The position numbers and the translations under genes were made by a program. From Coprothermobacteraceae bacterium (GTDB lineage Bacteria > Coprothermobacterota > Coprothermobacteria > Coprothermobacterales > Coprothermobacteraceae): a DNA stretch of 64,000 bases. Location: the NCBI GenBank assembly GCA_013178255.1, contig JABLWY010000001.1, positions 364,503 through 428,502 on the forward strand. Direction: 5' to 3'. Position 1 is the first letter of the stretch; the number at the start of each line of letters is the position of its first letter. Below the pieces are notes generated by a model. It was not told the origin of the DNA. It did no database searches and saw nothing but the letters and a program-made list of their open reading frames with translations. This document shows, in pieces, positions 54,959 to 64,000 of the stretch.

Positions 54959-55306
54959 TCAAAGCATGAACGGTTTTAGCAACAGACCGATTAAGCTTAT
55001 GAGCACCCACGTGATGATGGCCGCGCCGAAGGACGTCAAATAAATGCCGGGCACGACCTCAGCCATTAACCAGACTATGACCCCGTTGATGACCAATAAG
55101 AACAGACCAAACGTAAGTATAGTCACGGGCAAAGACAGGAAAACCAAGACAGGCTTTATGACAAACTGGGCCGCTGTAAAAACCAAACTGCCCAACACCA
55201 AGGCTGTCAGGTCGGCAAATTGGATGCCTTTGTACAGTAGCGACACCAGTGCGAGGACCACGAAATTTAAAAGCCACTGCCTAACGAACAAATCCTTCAC
55301 CTCCAT
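54959..55306 (-). CDS. YvlD/DUF360-like (phage-holin-4-like) four-TM membrane protein
   Basis: 115 aa with four TM helices. Confidence 0.5.
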   Translation of the reverse strand: MEVKDLFVRQWLLNFVVLALVSLLYKGIQFADLTALVLGSLVFTAAQFVIKPVLVFLSLPVTILTFGLFLLVINGVIVWLMAEVVPGIYLTSFGAAIITWVLISLIGLLLKPFML

Positions 55307-55376
55307 TCATCAACAATGATACCCAAAAACGTAGCGCGACGCCCATAGTTAAGTTGTGCACTGTAAAATAGTGTTC

Positions 55377-56963
55377 ATGATACATGTGGTGGGTCACCGC
55401 AATCCTGATACCGATAGCATAGTGTCAGCAGTGGCTTACGCCTACTTCAAAGGCGATGAGTATGCGCCATTCAGGGCTGGTGAAGCCAACGATGAATCTA
55501 AGGCCCTTTTTGAGCTGGCGGACACACCATTACCTCCGCGCTTATCCACAGTGCGGCTTACTGCTAGCGATCTGATGAAAGCGGTCAAATGTACTTCTTT
55601 GAATGAGCCTTTGGCTGCCGTCCTGCCTTTAATCGAAGAACAAAAAATCGTTCCTGTGCTACAAGGTACGAAATTGGCTGGAATACTCACCGAAAAGGAC
55701 TTGCTGCGCGTCCTACAAAGGGAGCTTTTCACCGATGACGTCTCAGTCAGGATAAGGCCGGACATACTCGAAAGAACACTGCCGGGTCGCTTTCTCACAA
55801 CTCCCAAAGAACTGTCAGGGCGACCTTTGGTGGCAGCGTCTGCTGATGAGGTAGTTCGGGAACGGTTGGGACCTGAAACTTTAGTCATAATGGGAAACAG
55901 ATGGGAACTCATTCCGGCTCTTGTGGAGAAGGGGGTTAGGGGGGTCATATTCACAATGAACCTTGTACCTCCTTCTGAGTCGCTTGCTCTTCTCGAAAGT
56001 GCGGGCATTTGTGCGTATTCATCTGCCCTGCACACTTTTAACACCATAAGGCTGCTTTTCATTGCGTCTCCTATAAGCGAGGTATACAATTCCACCGTCG
56101 TTGCCTTTGCACCCAGCGACGGACTATCTTACCTGCAAAGGGTCACGGCTTTGCATAAGCATCGCATGTACCCCGTGGTGGACGAAGATGGCACTTTCAT
56201 GGGAATGGTGGAAACCTCTGAGCTGGCAAACCCGCCCCGCAAGAAGGTGGTACTCGTAGACCACAACGAACTTAACCAAGGAGTAGATGGGCTCGAAGAG
56301 GCGCAGATCGTAGCCATAGTAGACCACCACCGTTTAGGCGGTCTGGTCACGCACGAACCTGTGGAGCTTCACATGGAACCAGTTGGATCTACATCGACGT
56401 TGGTGACCAAGGAATTCGTTAAATCGGGGAAGAAGATCCCTTCAAACATCGCTTTGATACTCCTTGGCGGTATTATCAGCGACACCCTTAACCTCAACAG
56501 CGTCACCACAGCTCCTGCGGATGTGGAGATGGCAAGCCTGCTCGAGCAGAGGTCGCCCCTAGGCCGGGAAGAGCTAGCGCGAAGGCTGTTCGAAGTGAGG
56601 GTAAGGTCTGTTCGAGATAATCCTGATAAGCTGCTCAACGATTTCAAGATCTTCAAGTTTGGCGACACAAGGGTTGGCATTGCTCAGCTCGAGGTGCCTG
56701 AGGCGTCAAGCCTGCTTCGTGTACTCCGTGAAGCGGTCACTGTAGCAATGGAGCGCAGGGTAGACGAAGAGAAACTAGATTTGGGCTTGTTCATGCTCAC
56801 CGACGTGACAAAGCGGTGCACTGTGTTGTTAGCCTTTGGGAATACTGACTTGGCCAGGGTGGCGTGGGCTTTACCTTTCAGGGATGGGTATGAGCTTCTG
56901 CCCGGCGTGGTCAGCAGAAAAAAGCAGGTAGTTCCAGTACTTCAGAAGGCTTTTGGCCAATGA
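55377..56963 (+). CDS. ppaC: CBS-domain-containing family II inorganic pyrophosphatase (DHH-CBS-DRTGG-DHHA2)
   Basis: MIHVVGHRNPDTDSI (DHH motif I), inserted CBS pair plus a DRTGG-like segment, C-terminal DHHA2 (VDHNE…IVDHHR). Start taken at Met8 of the ORF. Confidence 0.8.
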   Translation: MIHVVGHRNPDTDSIVSAVAYAYFKGDEYAPFRAGEANDESKALFELADTPLPPRLSTVRLTASDLMKAVKCTSLNEPLAAVLPLIEEQKIVPVLQGTKLAGILTEKDLLRVLQRELFTDDVSVRIRPDILERTLPGRFLTTPKELSGRPLVAASADEVVRERLGPETLVIMGNRWELIPALVEKGVRGVIFTMNLVPPSESLALLESAGICAYSSALHTFNTIRLLFIASPISEVYNSTVVAFAPSDGLSYLQRVTALHKHRMYPVVDEDGTFMGMVETSELANPPRKKVVLVDHNELNQGVDGLEEAQIVAIVDHHRLGGLVTHEPVELHMEPVGSTSTLVTKEFVKSGKKIPSNIALILLGGIISDTLNLNSVTTAPADVEMASLLEQRSPLGREELARRLFEVRVRSVRDNPDKLLNDFKIFKFGDTRVGIAQLEVPEASSLLRVLREAVTVAMERRVDEEKLDLGLFMLTDVTKRCTVLLAFGNTDLARVAWALPFRDGYELLPGVVSRKKQVVPVLQKAFGQ

Positions 56964-57010
56964 GCGTACAGAACCTCACTACCTAAGCTGTCTTTCACCT
57001 TCTACAGTAT

Positions 57011-57025
57011 GTTATATAATATAAC
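57011..57025. promoter_or_regulatory. Near-perfect palindrome GTTATATAATATAAC overlapping the -10 (TATAAT) of the marR-ABC exporter operon; candidate MarR operator
   Basis: 12/13 symmetric positions, centred 30 nt upstream of the marR ATG. Confidence 0.45.
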
Positions 57026-57048
57026 CACATAGACCTTGGAGGTTGGCA

Positions 57049-57510
57049 ATGAACAGGGATGAACTAGTAAGCAGGATAACCACGGAGCTTTTCGTGGAAT
57101 TCCCACGTTGGATGAGGCGCATATCTAGCCTCATAAAGGGTGGCCACGGAGACCTAACGCGAGTGGAAATGGAAATACTCATGTGGTTGAAGAAACGGGG
57201 GCCCGTCAGCCTGTCTGAGCTGAGCGTGTTAACAAACGTAAAGAAGCCGAACCTTAGCAATGTGGTTTACAGACTTGAGTCTGCCGGTTTGATACGTCGT
57301 GTTGAGGGCGAGGGCCGATCTCAACTCCTGGAAATCACTGTCGAAGGCGAGAACACCATGTGTCGTTCCCGGGATTATGTCAAGGAGTTATTTGTGAGGT
57401 CTTTGTCCAAGCTCAGCGACACTGAATTAGAAGATCTGTTGATGTTGCTTGGCAAGTTTGAGGAGATCCTTTCATCTTTATCCGATGAACAAGTCACGAA
57501 GGAGGCCTAG
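57049..57510 (+). CDS. MarR-family transcriptional regulator
   Basis: Winged-HTH MarR pattern (…LTRVEMEILMWLKKRGPVSLSELSVLTNVKKPNLSNVVYRLESAGLIRR…). ATG 6 nt after GGAGG. Confidence 0.8.
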   Translation: MNRDELVSRITTELFVEFPRWMRRISSLIKGGHGDLTRVEMEILMWLKKRGPVSLSELSVLTNVKKPNLSNVVYRLESAGLIRRVEGEGRSQLLEITVEGENTMCRSRDYVKELFVRSLSKLSDTELEDLLMLLGKFEEILSSLSDEQVTKEA

Positions 57511-57513
57511 CTG

Positions 57514-59256
57514 ATGGGTAGCTTGTGGCTATTGGTGAAGAGGTATTTGAAACCCTATTGGCATTTCGTCCTTGCGGTCTTTGCTTTAGTAGTGGGACAG
57601 GCGGCTGCAAACCTGTACTTGCCTACCCTGAATGCTGACATCATCAACAACGGCATCGCCAAGGGAGACACAGCCTACATTATGCAAGTAGGCTGGAAGA
57701 TGATTGGGGTTACCTTCTTGTCTGTCTTGGCAGCGGTGCTGGCTTCCTACTTAGCCGCTCGTGCCGCTATGTCCTTTGGCAAAGACTTAAGAATGGCTGT
57801 TTTCTACAAGGTTCAAAGTTTCTCACGGGCTGAATTGAACAAATTTGGTGCGCCTACCCTGATCACGCGCAGCACCAATGACGTACAGCAGATTCAACAG
57901 ACCACGATTATGGCTCTGACCCTGATGCTTATGGCACCCATAATGGCAGTGGGCGGCGCTGTCATGGCAGTCAGGCAGGACGTCGTGCTCTCGTATTCGC
58001 TGTTCATAGTCATCCCTGTCATGTTGGCCGTAGTTGGATACCTGATGTACAAGGGCATTCCCTTGTTTGAACAGATGCAGATCAAGATTGACAACATCAA
58101 CCAAGTACTCAGGGAGAAGATAATGGGCATAAGAGTCATAAGAGCTTTTGTACGCGAAAGCACCGAAGCGGCGCGCTTTGACAAAGCGAACCGTGATCTT
58201 GCGGAAAATGCACTTAGGGTAAACAGGCTGATGGCATTCGGTATGCCCGCCCTCACTTTTATCATGAACGTGGCCATTATTGCGATTGTCTGGTTTGGTG
58301 CGCAACGTGTTGACTCGGGTGCCATGCCTATAGGTAACTTGACAGCCTTCATGACCTACGTTATGCAGATACTGTTCTCTGTCATGATGGCCATGGCCAT
58401 GTTCATCATGCTTCCGAGGGCAGCCGCCGCAGCAGAGAGAGTAGTAGAGGTTCTTGAGACAGAGCCCAGCATAAGCGATCCGCCTAAACCAGTGAGGCTA
58501 GAAGCTGTAGCAGGCTTTGTAGAGTTCAGAGATGTTGAGTTCAAGTATAGCTTTGGTGCAGAACCAGTACTCAAAGGCATTACCTTCTCTGCTGGGCCCG
58601 GCACGGTGACAGGGATAGTAGGAAGCACAGGTTCAGGCAAGTCCACTATGGTAAGCCTGATACCAAGGCTGCTCGACGCAACAGCTGGCTGCGTGTGTAT
58701 CGACGGTGTTGACGTAAGGGAGTTCAGCCAAGAGGACCTACGGAGTTTGGTGGGATTTGTGCCTCAGAAGGCTTTCCTGTTCAGTGGCACAGTAGCTGAC
58801 AACCTGCGCTTCGGTAACCCCTTTGCTACCGATGAAGAACTTTGGGAAGCTCTCCAGGTCGCTCAAGCTAAGGATTTTGTAGAGGCCATGCCCGACGGTC
58901 TGTACTCATGGATCGAACAGGGCGGAGTCAACCTTTCAGGTGGTCAAAGACAGAGGCTTGCCATAGCAAGGGCTCTCGTGAAGAAAGCCCCCATATATGT
59001 CTTTGACGAAAGCTTCTCAGCTTTGGATTTCAGGACCGACGCCAGGCTTCGGCTTGCTCTTCGTGAGTATCTGAGAAACGCAACAGTCTTCATAGTGTCC
59101 CAGAGGATAAGCACAGTCATGAACGCTAACCAAATAGTCGTATTGAACGACGATGGTACGGTCGCCGGCATAGGCAGTCACCGTGAGCTCATGGAGACTT
59201 GTGACGTGTACAGGGACATCGTTTACTCCCAGCTGTCCAAGGAGGAGATAGCATGA
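57514..59256 (+). CDS. ABC exporter, fused permease/ATPase (heterodimer subunit A, TM287/LmrC-like)
   Basis: Six TM helices plus NBD: Walker A GSTGSGKST, signature LSGGQRQRLAIARAL, Walker B IYVFDESFSALD. Confidence 0.9.
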   Translation: MGSLWLLVKRYLKPYWHFVLAVFALVVGQAAANLYLPTLNADIINNGIAKGDTAYIMQVGWKMIGVTFLSVLAAVLASYLAARAAMSFGKDLRMAVFYKVQSFSRAELNKFGAPTLITRSTNDVQQIQQTTIMALTLMLMAPIMAVGGAVMAVRQDVVLSYSLFIVIPVMLAVVGYLMYKGIPLFEQMQIKIDNINQVLREKIMGIRVIRAFVRESTEAARFDKANRDLAENALRVNRLMAFGMPALTFIMNVAIIAIVWFGAQRVDSGAMPIGNLTAFMTYVMQILFSVMMAMAMFIMLPRAAAAAERVVEVLETEPSISDPPKPVRLEAVAGFVEFRDVEFKYSFGAEPVLKGITFSAGPGTVTGIVGSTGSGKSTMVSLIPRLLDATAGCVCIDGVDVREFSQEDLRSLVGFVPQKAFLFSGTVADNLRFGNPFATDEELWEALQVAQAKDFVEAMPDGLYSWIEQGGVNLSGGQRQRLAIARALVKKAPIYVFDESFSALDFRTDARLRLALREYLRNATVFIVSQRISTVMNANQIVVLNDDGTVAGIGSHRELMETCDVYRDIVYSQLSKEEIA

Positions 59257-61238
59257 GCGAAAGGAATCTTAGTTCCAGCAGTCCAAGTATGGGCCCAAGG
59301 CGAGGTCCTTTCGGAGGAGGCCCTATGGGCGGCTTTGGGCGTCCTGTGGAGAAAGCCAAGGACTTCAAGGGTACTGTACGAAGGCTTACTCAGTACCTCA
59401 GACGGGAGTCTTGGACACTACTTGCAGTGTCCATTATGGCGGCTGCAAGCACAGCATTCGCAATATACGCACCCAAGGTGTTGGGTCGCGTAACCAACCT
59501 CATCTTCGAAGGGGTTATAGGGAAGCGCCTGCCCGCCAACATGACCAAGGAACAAGTGGTGAGCTTCTTGAGACAGCAAGGACAGACGACTTTCGCGGAC
59601 ATGCTGTCAAAGATGAATGTGGTCCCTGGACAGGGCATCAACTATGATGCTGTCCTCGAAGTGTTGGCTCTGCTCATTGGTTTGTATGTGCTGAGCGCTC
59701 TGTTCATGTGGTTACAGCAGTACATAATGGCTGGTGTGGCCCAAAGGACGGTGTACAAGCTAAGAAAGGAGGTAGACGCAAAGTTAGCGCGCCTGCCTTT
59801 ACGTTTCTACGATAGCCGTTCTCACGGCGACATTTTGAGTAGAGTCACCAATGATATTGACAACATAGCCCAGACATTACAACAGAGCCTAACCCAGCTC
59901 ATCACAGCAGTGGCTACGATCATAGGTGTCCTCATCATGATGTTCTCCATAAGCCCCGCTCTGACGCTGGTCTCCCTAGCCGTAATCCCATTGGCTTTCG
60001 TCTTTACAATGCTAATAGCTCGTTACTCCCAAGTGCAGTTTTCGAAGCAATGGGCTTCCATTGGTGAACTCAATGGACACGTGGAGGAATCCTTCACGGG
60101 GCACATGGTCCTGAAGCTCTTTAACAGGCAGAGGGACGCTGAGCAGAAGTTTGATGAGTACAACGACAAAGTATACCAGGCGAGCTTTAGGGCACAGTTT
60201 GTCTCAGGCGTTATCATGCCCGTGATGAACTTCTTGAGCAACCTCAACTTTGTAGCCATTGCGGTCTTAGGCGGCCTACGGGTAGCCAATGGAGCGCTTA
60301 CCCTGGGTGACGTTCAGGCTTTCTTACAGTATTCGAGGCAGTTTACGCAGCCCATTGTCCAGACTTCGAGCATAATGAATGTTCTTCAGTCCACTGTAGC
60401 TTCAGCTGAACGCGTTTTCGAGCTCCTCGACGAGGAGGAAGAAGTTGAAAAATTCGCCACGCCTGTTCTTATAAAGCCTGACAGTATTAAAGGGCACGTA
60501 CGCTTTGAACATGTCTATTTCAGGTACGTGCCAGAGGTACCGCTCATCGAAGACCTCAACTTGGAGGCTTTGCCCGGACATACGGTGGCCATAGTCGGCC
60601 CAACAGGGGCAGGAAAGACCACGCTCGTGAACCTGCTGATGCGTTTCTACGAGATTGACGCGGGCCGTATCACTATTGATGGCATAGATATCAGGGACAT
60701 CAGGAGGGAGGACCTGCGACGCCTCTTTGGCATGGTACTGCAAGAGCCGTGGCTGTTCAAGGGGACGGTCCGCGACAACATAGCTTACGGAAAGGAACAC
60801 GCCACTGAAGATGAAATAGTCAGAGCTGCCCAAGCGGCCCATGCAGATAGCTTCATTCGCAAGCTGCCTCAGGGTTATGACACGGTCATCGACGAAGATG
60901 CCACAAACATATCCCAGGGGCAGAAACAGCTGATCACTATTGCTCGCGCATTTTTAGCCGACCCCAAGATACTTATTCTTGACGAAGCGACTAGCAACGT
61001 AGATACACGCACCGAGATATTGATCCAAAGAGCCATGGCTGATCTGATGAAAGATAGAACGAGCTTTGTCATAGCCCATCGCCTGTCCACTATAAGGAAT
61101 GCAGAAACAATAATCGTCATGGACCACGGCCGCATCGTGGAGCAGGGCAACCACGAGCAGCTCATGGCCAAACGTGGCTTCTACTATGAGTTATACACAA
61201 GCCAATTCTTAGGGGCTTACGCTGAGGAGTTGGCTTAA
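59253..61238 (+). CDS. ABC exporter, fused permease/ATPase (heterodimer subunit B, TM288/LmrD-like) with Gly-rich N-terminal extension
   Basis: Walker A GPTGAGKTT, signature ISQGQKQLITIARAF, Walker B ILILDEATSNVD. 4 nt overlap with subunit A. Confidence 0.9.
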   Translation: MSERNLSSSSPSMGPRRGPFGGGPMGGFGRPVEKAKDFKGTVRRLTQYLRRESWTLLAVSIMAAASTAFAIYAPKVLGRVTNLIFEGVIGKRLPANMTKEQVVSFLRQQGQTTFADMLSKMNVVPGQGINYDAVLEVLALLIGLYVLSALFMWLQQYIMAGVAQRTVYKLRKEVDAKLARLPLRFYDSRSHGDILSRVTNDIDNIAQTLQQSLTQLITAVATIIGVLIMMFSISPALTLVSLAVIPLAFVFTMLIARYSQVQFSKQWASIGELNGHVEESFTGHMVLKLFNRQRDAEQKFDEYNDKVYQASFRAQFVSGVIMPVMNFLSNLNFVAIAVLGGLRVANGALTLGDVQAFLQYSRQFTQPIVQTSSIMNVLQSTVASAERVFELLDEEEEVEKFATPVLIKPDSIKGHVRFEHVYFRYVPEVPLIEDLNLEALPGHTVAIVGPTGAGKTTLVNLLMRFYEIDAGRITIDGIDIRDIRREDLRRLFGMVLQEPWLFKGTVRDNIAYGKEHATEDEIVRAAQAAHADSFIRKLPQGYDTVIDEDATNISQGQKQLITIARAFLADPKILILDEATSNVDTRTEILIQRAMADLMKDRTSFVIAHRLSTIRNAETIIVMDHGRIVEQGNHEQLMAKRGFYYELYTSQFLGAYAEELA

Positions 61239-62161
61239 TAAGCGGTCATAGACCTCAGTCTACGAATCCGTTCCTGCGTAGGCGGATGGGTGGAGAACAA
61301 GTTGGCCAACCAATCGCCCTTGAACGGATTTACGATGAACAGTTCTGTAGCGGCAGGATTCACTTGGGGCCTCACGGTCGCGGGGGCCCTTCTAGTAAAC
61401 TCCTCGAGCTTCTCTAGAGCGCTTGCAAGGGCCTCAGGGTTTCTCGTTATCCTGGCAGAGCCAGCGTCGGCTAGGAACTCCCTCTGCCTACTTATGGCTA
61501 ATCTAATGAGTGTAGCTGCCAAAGGCGCAAGCAGGATGAAGACCAAACCGATAAGCATCATAACTGCGTTCCCGCCGTTTCGGTCATCTCTATCTCTACC
61601 TAAACCGCCCCAGAACATCATCCTCCAAGCGATGTTTGCCAAGTACGATATTGTTGCAGCCATGGTCGCTGCCATAGAAGCCAGCAAGATATCTCTATGC
61701 CTTATGTGACTAAGTTCATGGGCTATCACGCCTGCTAACTCCTCTCGGTTCATCATGCGCAAGAGGCCACGGGTGGCTACAACTACCGCATTCTTGGGGT
61801 CTCTACCTGTGGCAAAAGCGTTTGGAACGTTGCTCTCCATTATCCCCACTTTGGGCGTGGGGAGCCCTGCTGCAATACTCAGTTCCTCAACTACGTTGTG
61901 TAGGGTTTGGGCCTCCAGCGATTCGTTGGGGTCTACCAGTCTTGCTCCAGTCATGGCCAATACTAGCTTGTCAGAATACCAGTAGCTCACCCATATTTGC
62001 ACCAAGGCCATCACGAACGCGACAGCCATCCAGAGGCTCATGTTTCCGAACAGGTAGCCCAGAACGTACCCAAACGCCAACAACAGCGCTGCAAACCATA
62101 TCATCAGAAGGAAAGTCTTCCATTGCAAAGATGTGCTTGTGTCTTCCATGCTAATGGGCAT
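61235..62161 (-). CDS. htpX: Zinc metalloprotease HtpX (M48 family)
   Basis: HELSHIRHRD HExxH motif with N-terminal TM helices. Start placed at ATG (MPISMED), 6 nt after GAGGTG. The tool ORF extends to a GTG at 62191. Confidence 0.85.
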   Translation of the reverse strand: MPISMEDTSTSLQWKTFLLMIWFAALLLAFGYVLGYLFGNMSLWMAVAFVMALVQIWVSYWYSDKLVLAMTGARLVDPNESLEAQTLHNVVEELSIAAGLPTPKVGIMESNVPNAFATGRDPKNAVVVATRGLLRMMNREELAGVIAHELSHIRHRDILLASMAATMAATISYLANIAWRMMFWGGLGRDRDDRNGGNAVMMLIGLVFILLAPLAATLIRLAISRQREFLADAGSARITRNPEALASALEKLEEFTRRAPATVRPQVNPAATELFIVNPFKGDWLANLFSTHPPTQERIRRLRSMTAY

Positions 62162-62164
62162 CTT

Positions 62165-62181
62165 CATCACCTCAAAGGTGA
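62165..62181 (-). promoter_or_regulatory. 7 bp inverted repeat (AUCACCU-UUG-AGGUGAU in mRNA sense) that pairs the htpX Shine-Dalgarno. A TATAAT -10 lies immediately 5' of it
   Basis: mRNA-sense GGGUAUAAUCACCUUUGAGGUGAUGAAGAUG. The SD GAGGUG lies in the 3' arm. Confidence 0.35.
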
Positions 62182-62212
62182 TTATACCCACGCGCGGTTC
62201 AAGTTATGAAGC

Positions 62213-63127
62213 TTACTCTCCGATAGTGTACGTATTTCTGCCCTTCTCTTTGCTACTGTACATGAGTTGGTCGGCCTGCTTCAACAGTTCTTTGGCTGGC
62301 TTGCTGCCATCTGCCACGGTTACGCCAACCGATGCTGTAGTCGAAACTGGCTCACTGTCTACTAGCACAAACGTATTTGAAATCAACTCTATAAGTCTTC
62401 TCGCCAGTATTTCGGGGTCTCGGCCATTAAGTTCGGCGATTACCACGAACTCATCGCCACCGATTCGACCGACTTTATCTGAAGCTCTGAGGTTGTGCAC
62501 AAGAGTCTCTGAAACCGCCTTTAGTAACGCGTCACCTACTAGATGCCCGTATCGATCATTCACAGCTTTGAAGTTATCCAGATCGATGAACAGAACTGCG
62601 AATTTCCGTTTGTACCTGCTAGCCTCGCTCACCCTGTCTTCCAAGATGAACTCTAGGCCTCTTCTGTTGAGCGTTCCAGTGAGCTCATCCACGAAAGCCA
62701 GAGAACGTAGCCTCTGCATTTCGGCCCTGATGCCACTTATCTCAGCCTTCTCACAGAAAACTTCAACTGCACCTACTGCCACCCCGTTCTTAACTATAGG
62801 AATTACATGAATATCTACGGGGATCCTAGCTCCTTGCTTCAAGTGCATGTATAACATGTCAGAGACAGGGCGTCTCAACTTCATCGCCTCGACAAGCGGG
62901 CACTCATCAAGGCAAAGCTGTTTCCCGCTCTCGTCTATGTGCTTCAGGAAGTTGTCCTGACAGTAACTGCCGACGACTTCAGAAGTTGAAAAACCAGATA
63001 TTGATTCGGCTGCTCTGTTCCAGTACACTATCCTTCTGTCTTTCGTTACCACGTAGGCGCCTTCGTGGAGGTTCCCGAGGATCTCTAATACAAGGCTATC
63101 TAGTTCTAAGTCGGCCTTGTTTTGCAC
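62213..63127 (-). CDS. PAS-GGDEF diguanylate cyclase
   Basis: N-terminal PAS (…YVVTKDRRIVYWNRAAESISGF…) and GGDEF domain with intact RIGGDEF active site. Confidence 0.85.
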   Translation of the reverse strand: MQNKADLELDSLVLEILGNLHEGAYVVTKDRRIVYWNRAAESISGFSTSEVVGSYCQDNFLKHIDESGKQLCLDECPLVEAMKLRRPVSDMLYMHLKQGARIPVDIHVIPIVKNGVAVGAVEVFCEKAEISGIRAEMQRLRSLAFVDELTGTLNRRGLEFILEDRVSEASRYKRKFAVLFIDLDNFKAVNDRYGHLVGDALLKAVSETLVHNLRASDKVGRIGGDEFVVIAELNGRDPEILARRLIELISNTFVLVDSEPVSTTASVGVTVADGSKPAKELLKQADQLMYSSKEKGRNTYTIGE

Positions 63128-63182
63128 ATCTAAATTTTACACAACGGTTGCAACAGTGTCAAGGCTTATAATAGTTAGAGCC

Positions 63183-63569
63183 ATGGTGGACAAAGAAAGA
63201 CTCCTTGCCTTGATACAAGACACCTTTTACGAAGCGCAAGTGCTCTTAGAAAACGGCGCTCTCCGTGCGTCTGCTAACCGTTACTACACGGCTGCCCTCT
63301 ACGGAGTCATGCTGTTTCTGAACCAGAACGTCAGTGATGACGAATCCATTTGGCGTTTAGGGTCTCGATTCCTTCGCCGCAGTGCAAAGGTATACAGGAC
63401 AGCCCTCGCTATAAGAAAGCTTAGGGGAGAAATTGAGTTTGCGGTAGATCGAGAGCCGCTACCTTCAGAAGTCAGGAAACTAAGCAATTTGTGCCACATA
63501 TTGGTGTCGTGGTGTGTGGAGCAAACTAAGGAACCTCTATGGACAGAGAAATCATCCTCCGTGGAGTAA
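63183..63569 (+). CDS. Hypothetical protein (all-helical, possibly HEPN-like)
   Basis: 128 aa with no firm motif. Overlaps the uvrA start by 31 nt. Confidence 0.3.
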   Translation: MVDKERLLALIQDTFYEAQVLLENGALRASANRYYTAALYGVMLFLNQNVSDDESIWRLGSRFLRRSAKVYRTALAIRKLRGEIEFAVDREPLPSEVRKLSNLCHILVSWCVEQTKEPLWTEKSSSVE

Positions 63570-64000
63570 GGCACCACAACCTTAAGAATCTCTCTCTGAA
63601 CATACCCAGAGAGAAGTACATAGTGGTCACAGGTGTATCAGGCAGCGGAAAGTCAACGCTTGCCTTTGATGTGCTTTACGCCGAAGCTCATCGCCGCTAC
63701 ATAGAGTCTTTGAGCGGGTACGCCCGCATGTTCTTGGGTATCATGCAAAAGCCTGACGTAGATTTCATTGAGGGTATACCTCCTGCTATCTCAGTAGAAC
63801 AGAAGACGGCTTCTCATAACCCGCGCTCCATTGTAGGCACCGTTACCGAGATTTACGACTATCTAAGGCTCTTGTTTGCTCACGTGGGCGTCCCTTACTG
63901 CCCGGAGCATAACATACCCATGCTACCTGTGACGGTGGACGAGATCGTGGAGAAGGTCCTAACGCAGTACCAGGGCAGGCGCATTCACGTACTAGCACCC
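63539..64000 (+). CDS. uvrA: Excinuclease ABC subunit A, N-terminal part (continues beyond the window)
   Basis: [59 protein letters not shown]… is the canonical UvrA N-terminus. Confidence 0.9.
   Translation, partial: MDREIILRGVRHHNLKNLSLNIPREKYIVVTGVSGSGKSTLAFDVLYAEAHRRYIESLSGYARMFLGIMQKPDVDFIEGIPPAISVEQKTASHNPRSIVGTVTEIYDYLRLLFAHVGVPYCPEHNIPMLPVTVDEIVEKVLTQYQGRRIHVLAP

Noticed and set aside
62189-62200. GGTTCAAGT resembling a tRNA T-arm
   Set aside because: There is no acceptor stem, D-arm or anticodon-arm complement around it. It lies in the GGDEF/htpX junction, and it is a chance match.
1-64000. CRISPR arrays, IS elements/transposases, integrases, prophage or defence-system genes
   Set aside because: I found no direct-repeat arrays and no transposase, integrase, nuclease or helicase-like ORFs. 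The only phage-associated name (holin-like YvlD) is a common housekeeping membrane protein family.

Overview
This 64 kb window is a gene-dense bacterial chromosomal segment (about 90% coding, roughly 50% GC) with no rRNA, tRNA, CRISPR array or recognisable mobile element. Gene content suggests a thermophilic Firmicutes- or Thermotogae-like lineage. Positions 1-12.1 kb hold one tightly packed plus-strand flagellar/chemotaxis operon of 16 genes in this order: motA (3' fragment), motB, fliL, fliM, fliY/fliN, cheY, fliO/Z, fliP, fliQ, fliR, flhB, flhA, flhF, flhG, cheB, cheR. Converging on it from the minus strand is an operon encoding a lipoprotein, an MscS channel, FapA (DUF342) and an unusual 598 aa FtsA/PilM-like actin-fold ATPase with extra C-terminal domains. 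Next come an ABC-2 exporter, a GC-rich structured leader RNA with a candidate terminator/antiterminator switch ahead of a ytxG(DUF948)-ytxH stress-protein operon, and dnaK-dnaJ with no grpE. After that lies a def-fmt ... rsgA-rpe locus in which the expected PrkC kinase/PrpC phosphatase pair is replaced by a secreted stand-alone triple-PASTA protein. Further on are an SPFH protein, an orphan MalK/MsmX-like ATPase, a sigma-54 activator overlapping an EPS priming sugar transferase, hup, and a translationally coupled aldolase-fold/yhaM/udk trio. An M18 aminopeptidase gene is split by a +1 frameshift in a C5 tract. A compact seven-gene operon encodes a DsrE-like protein, a nitroreductase, a MoaD-like GG-terminated protein, an LplA-family ligase, a cyclase, SfsA and Ogg. 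The remainder holds a long transketolase-family enzyme coupled to pncA, trmH and nth; then cvpA, a SIMPL protein, birA, pepF and a CBS-type family II pyrophosphatase; then a MarR plus heterodimeric ABC exporter operon; then htpX, a PAS-GGDEF cyclase and the start of uvrA. Several GC-clamp hairpin intrinsic terminators and operator-like palindromes are visible. All functional calls come from motif recognition in the translated ORFs; I ran no database search.
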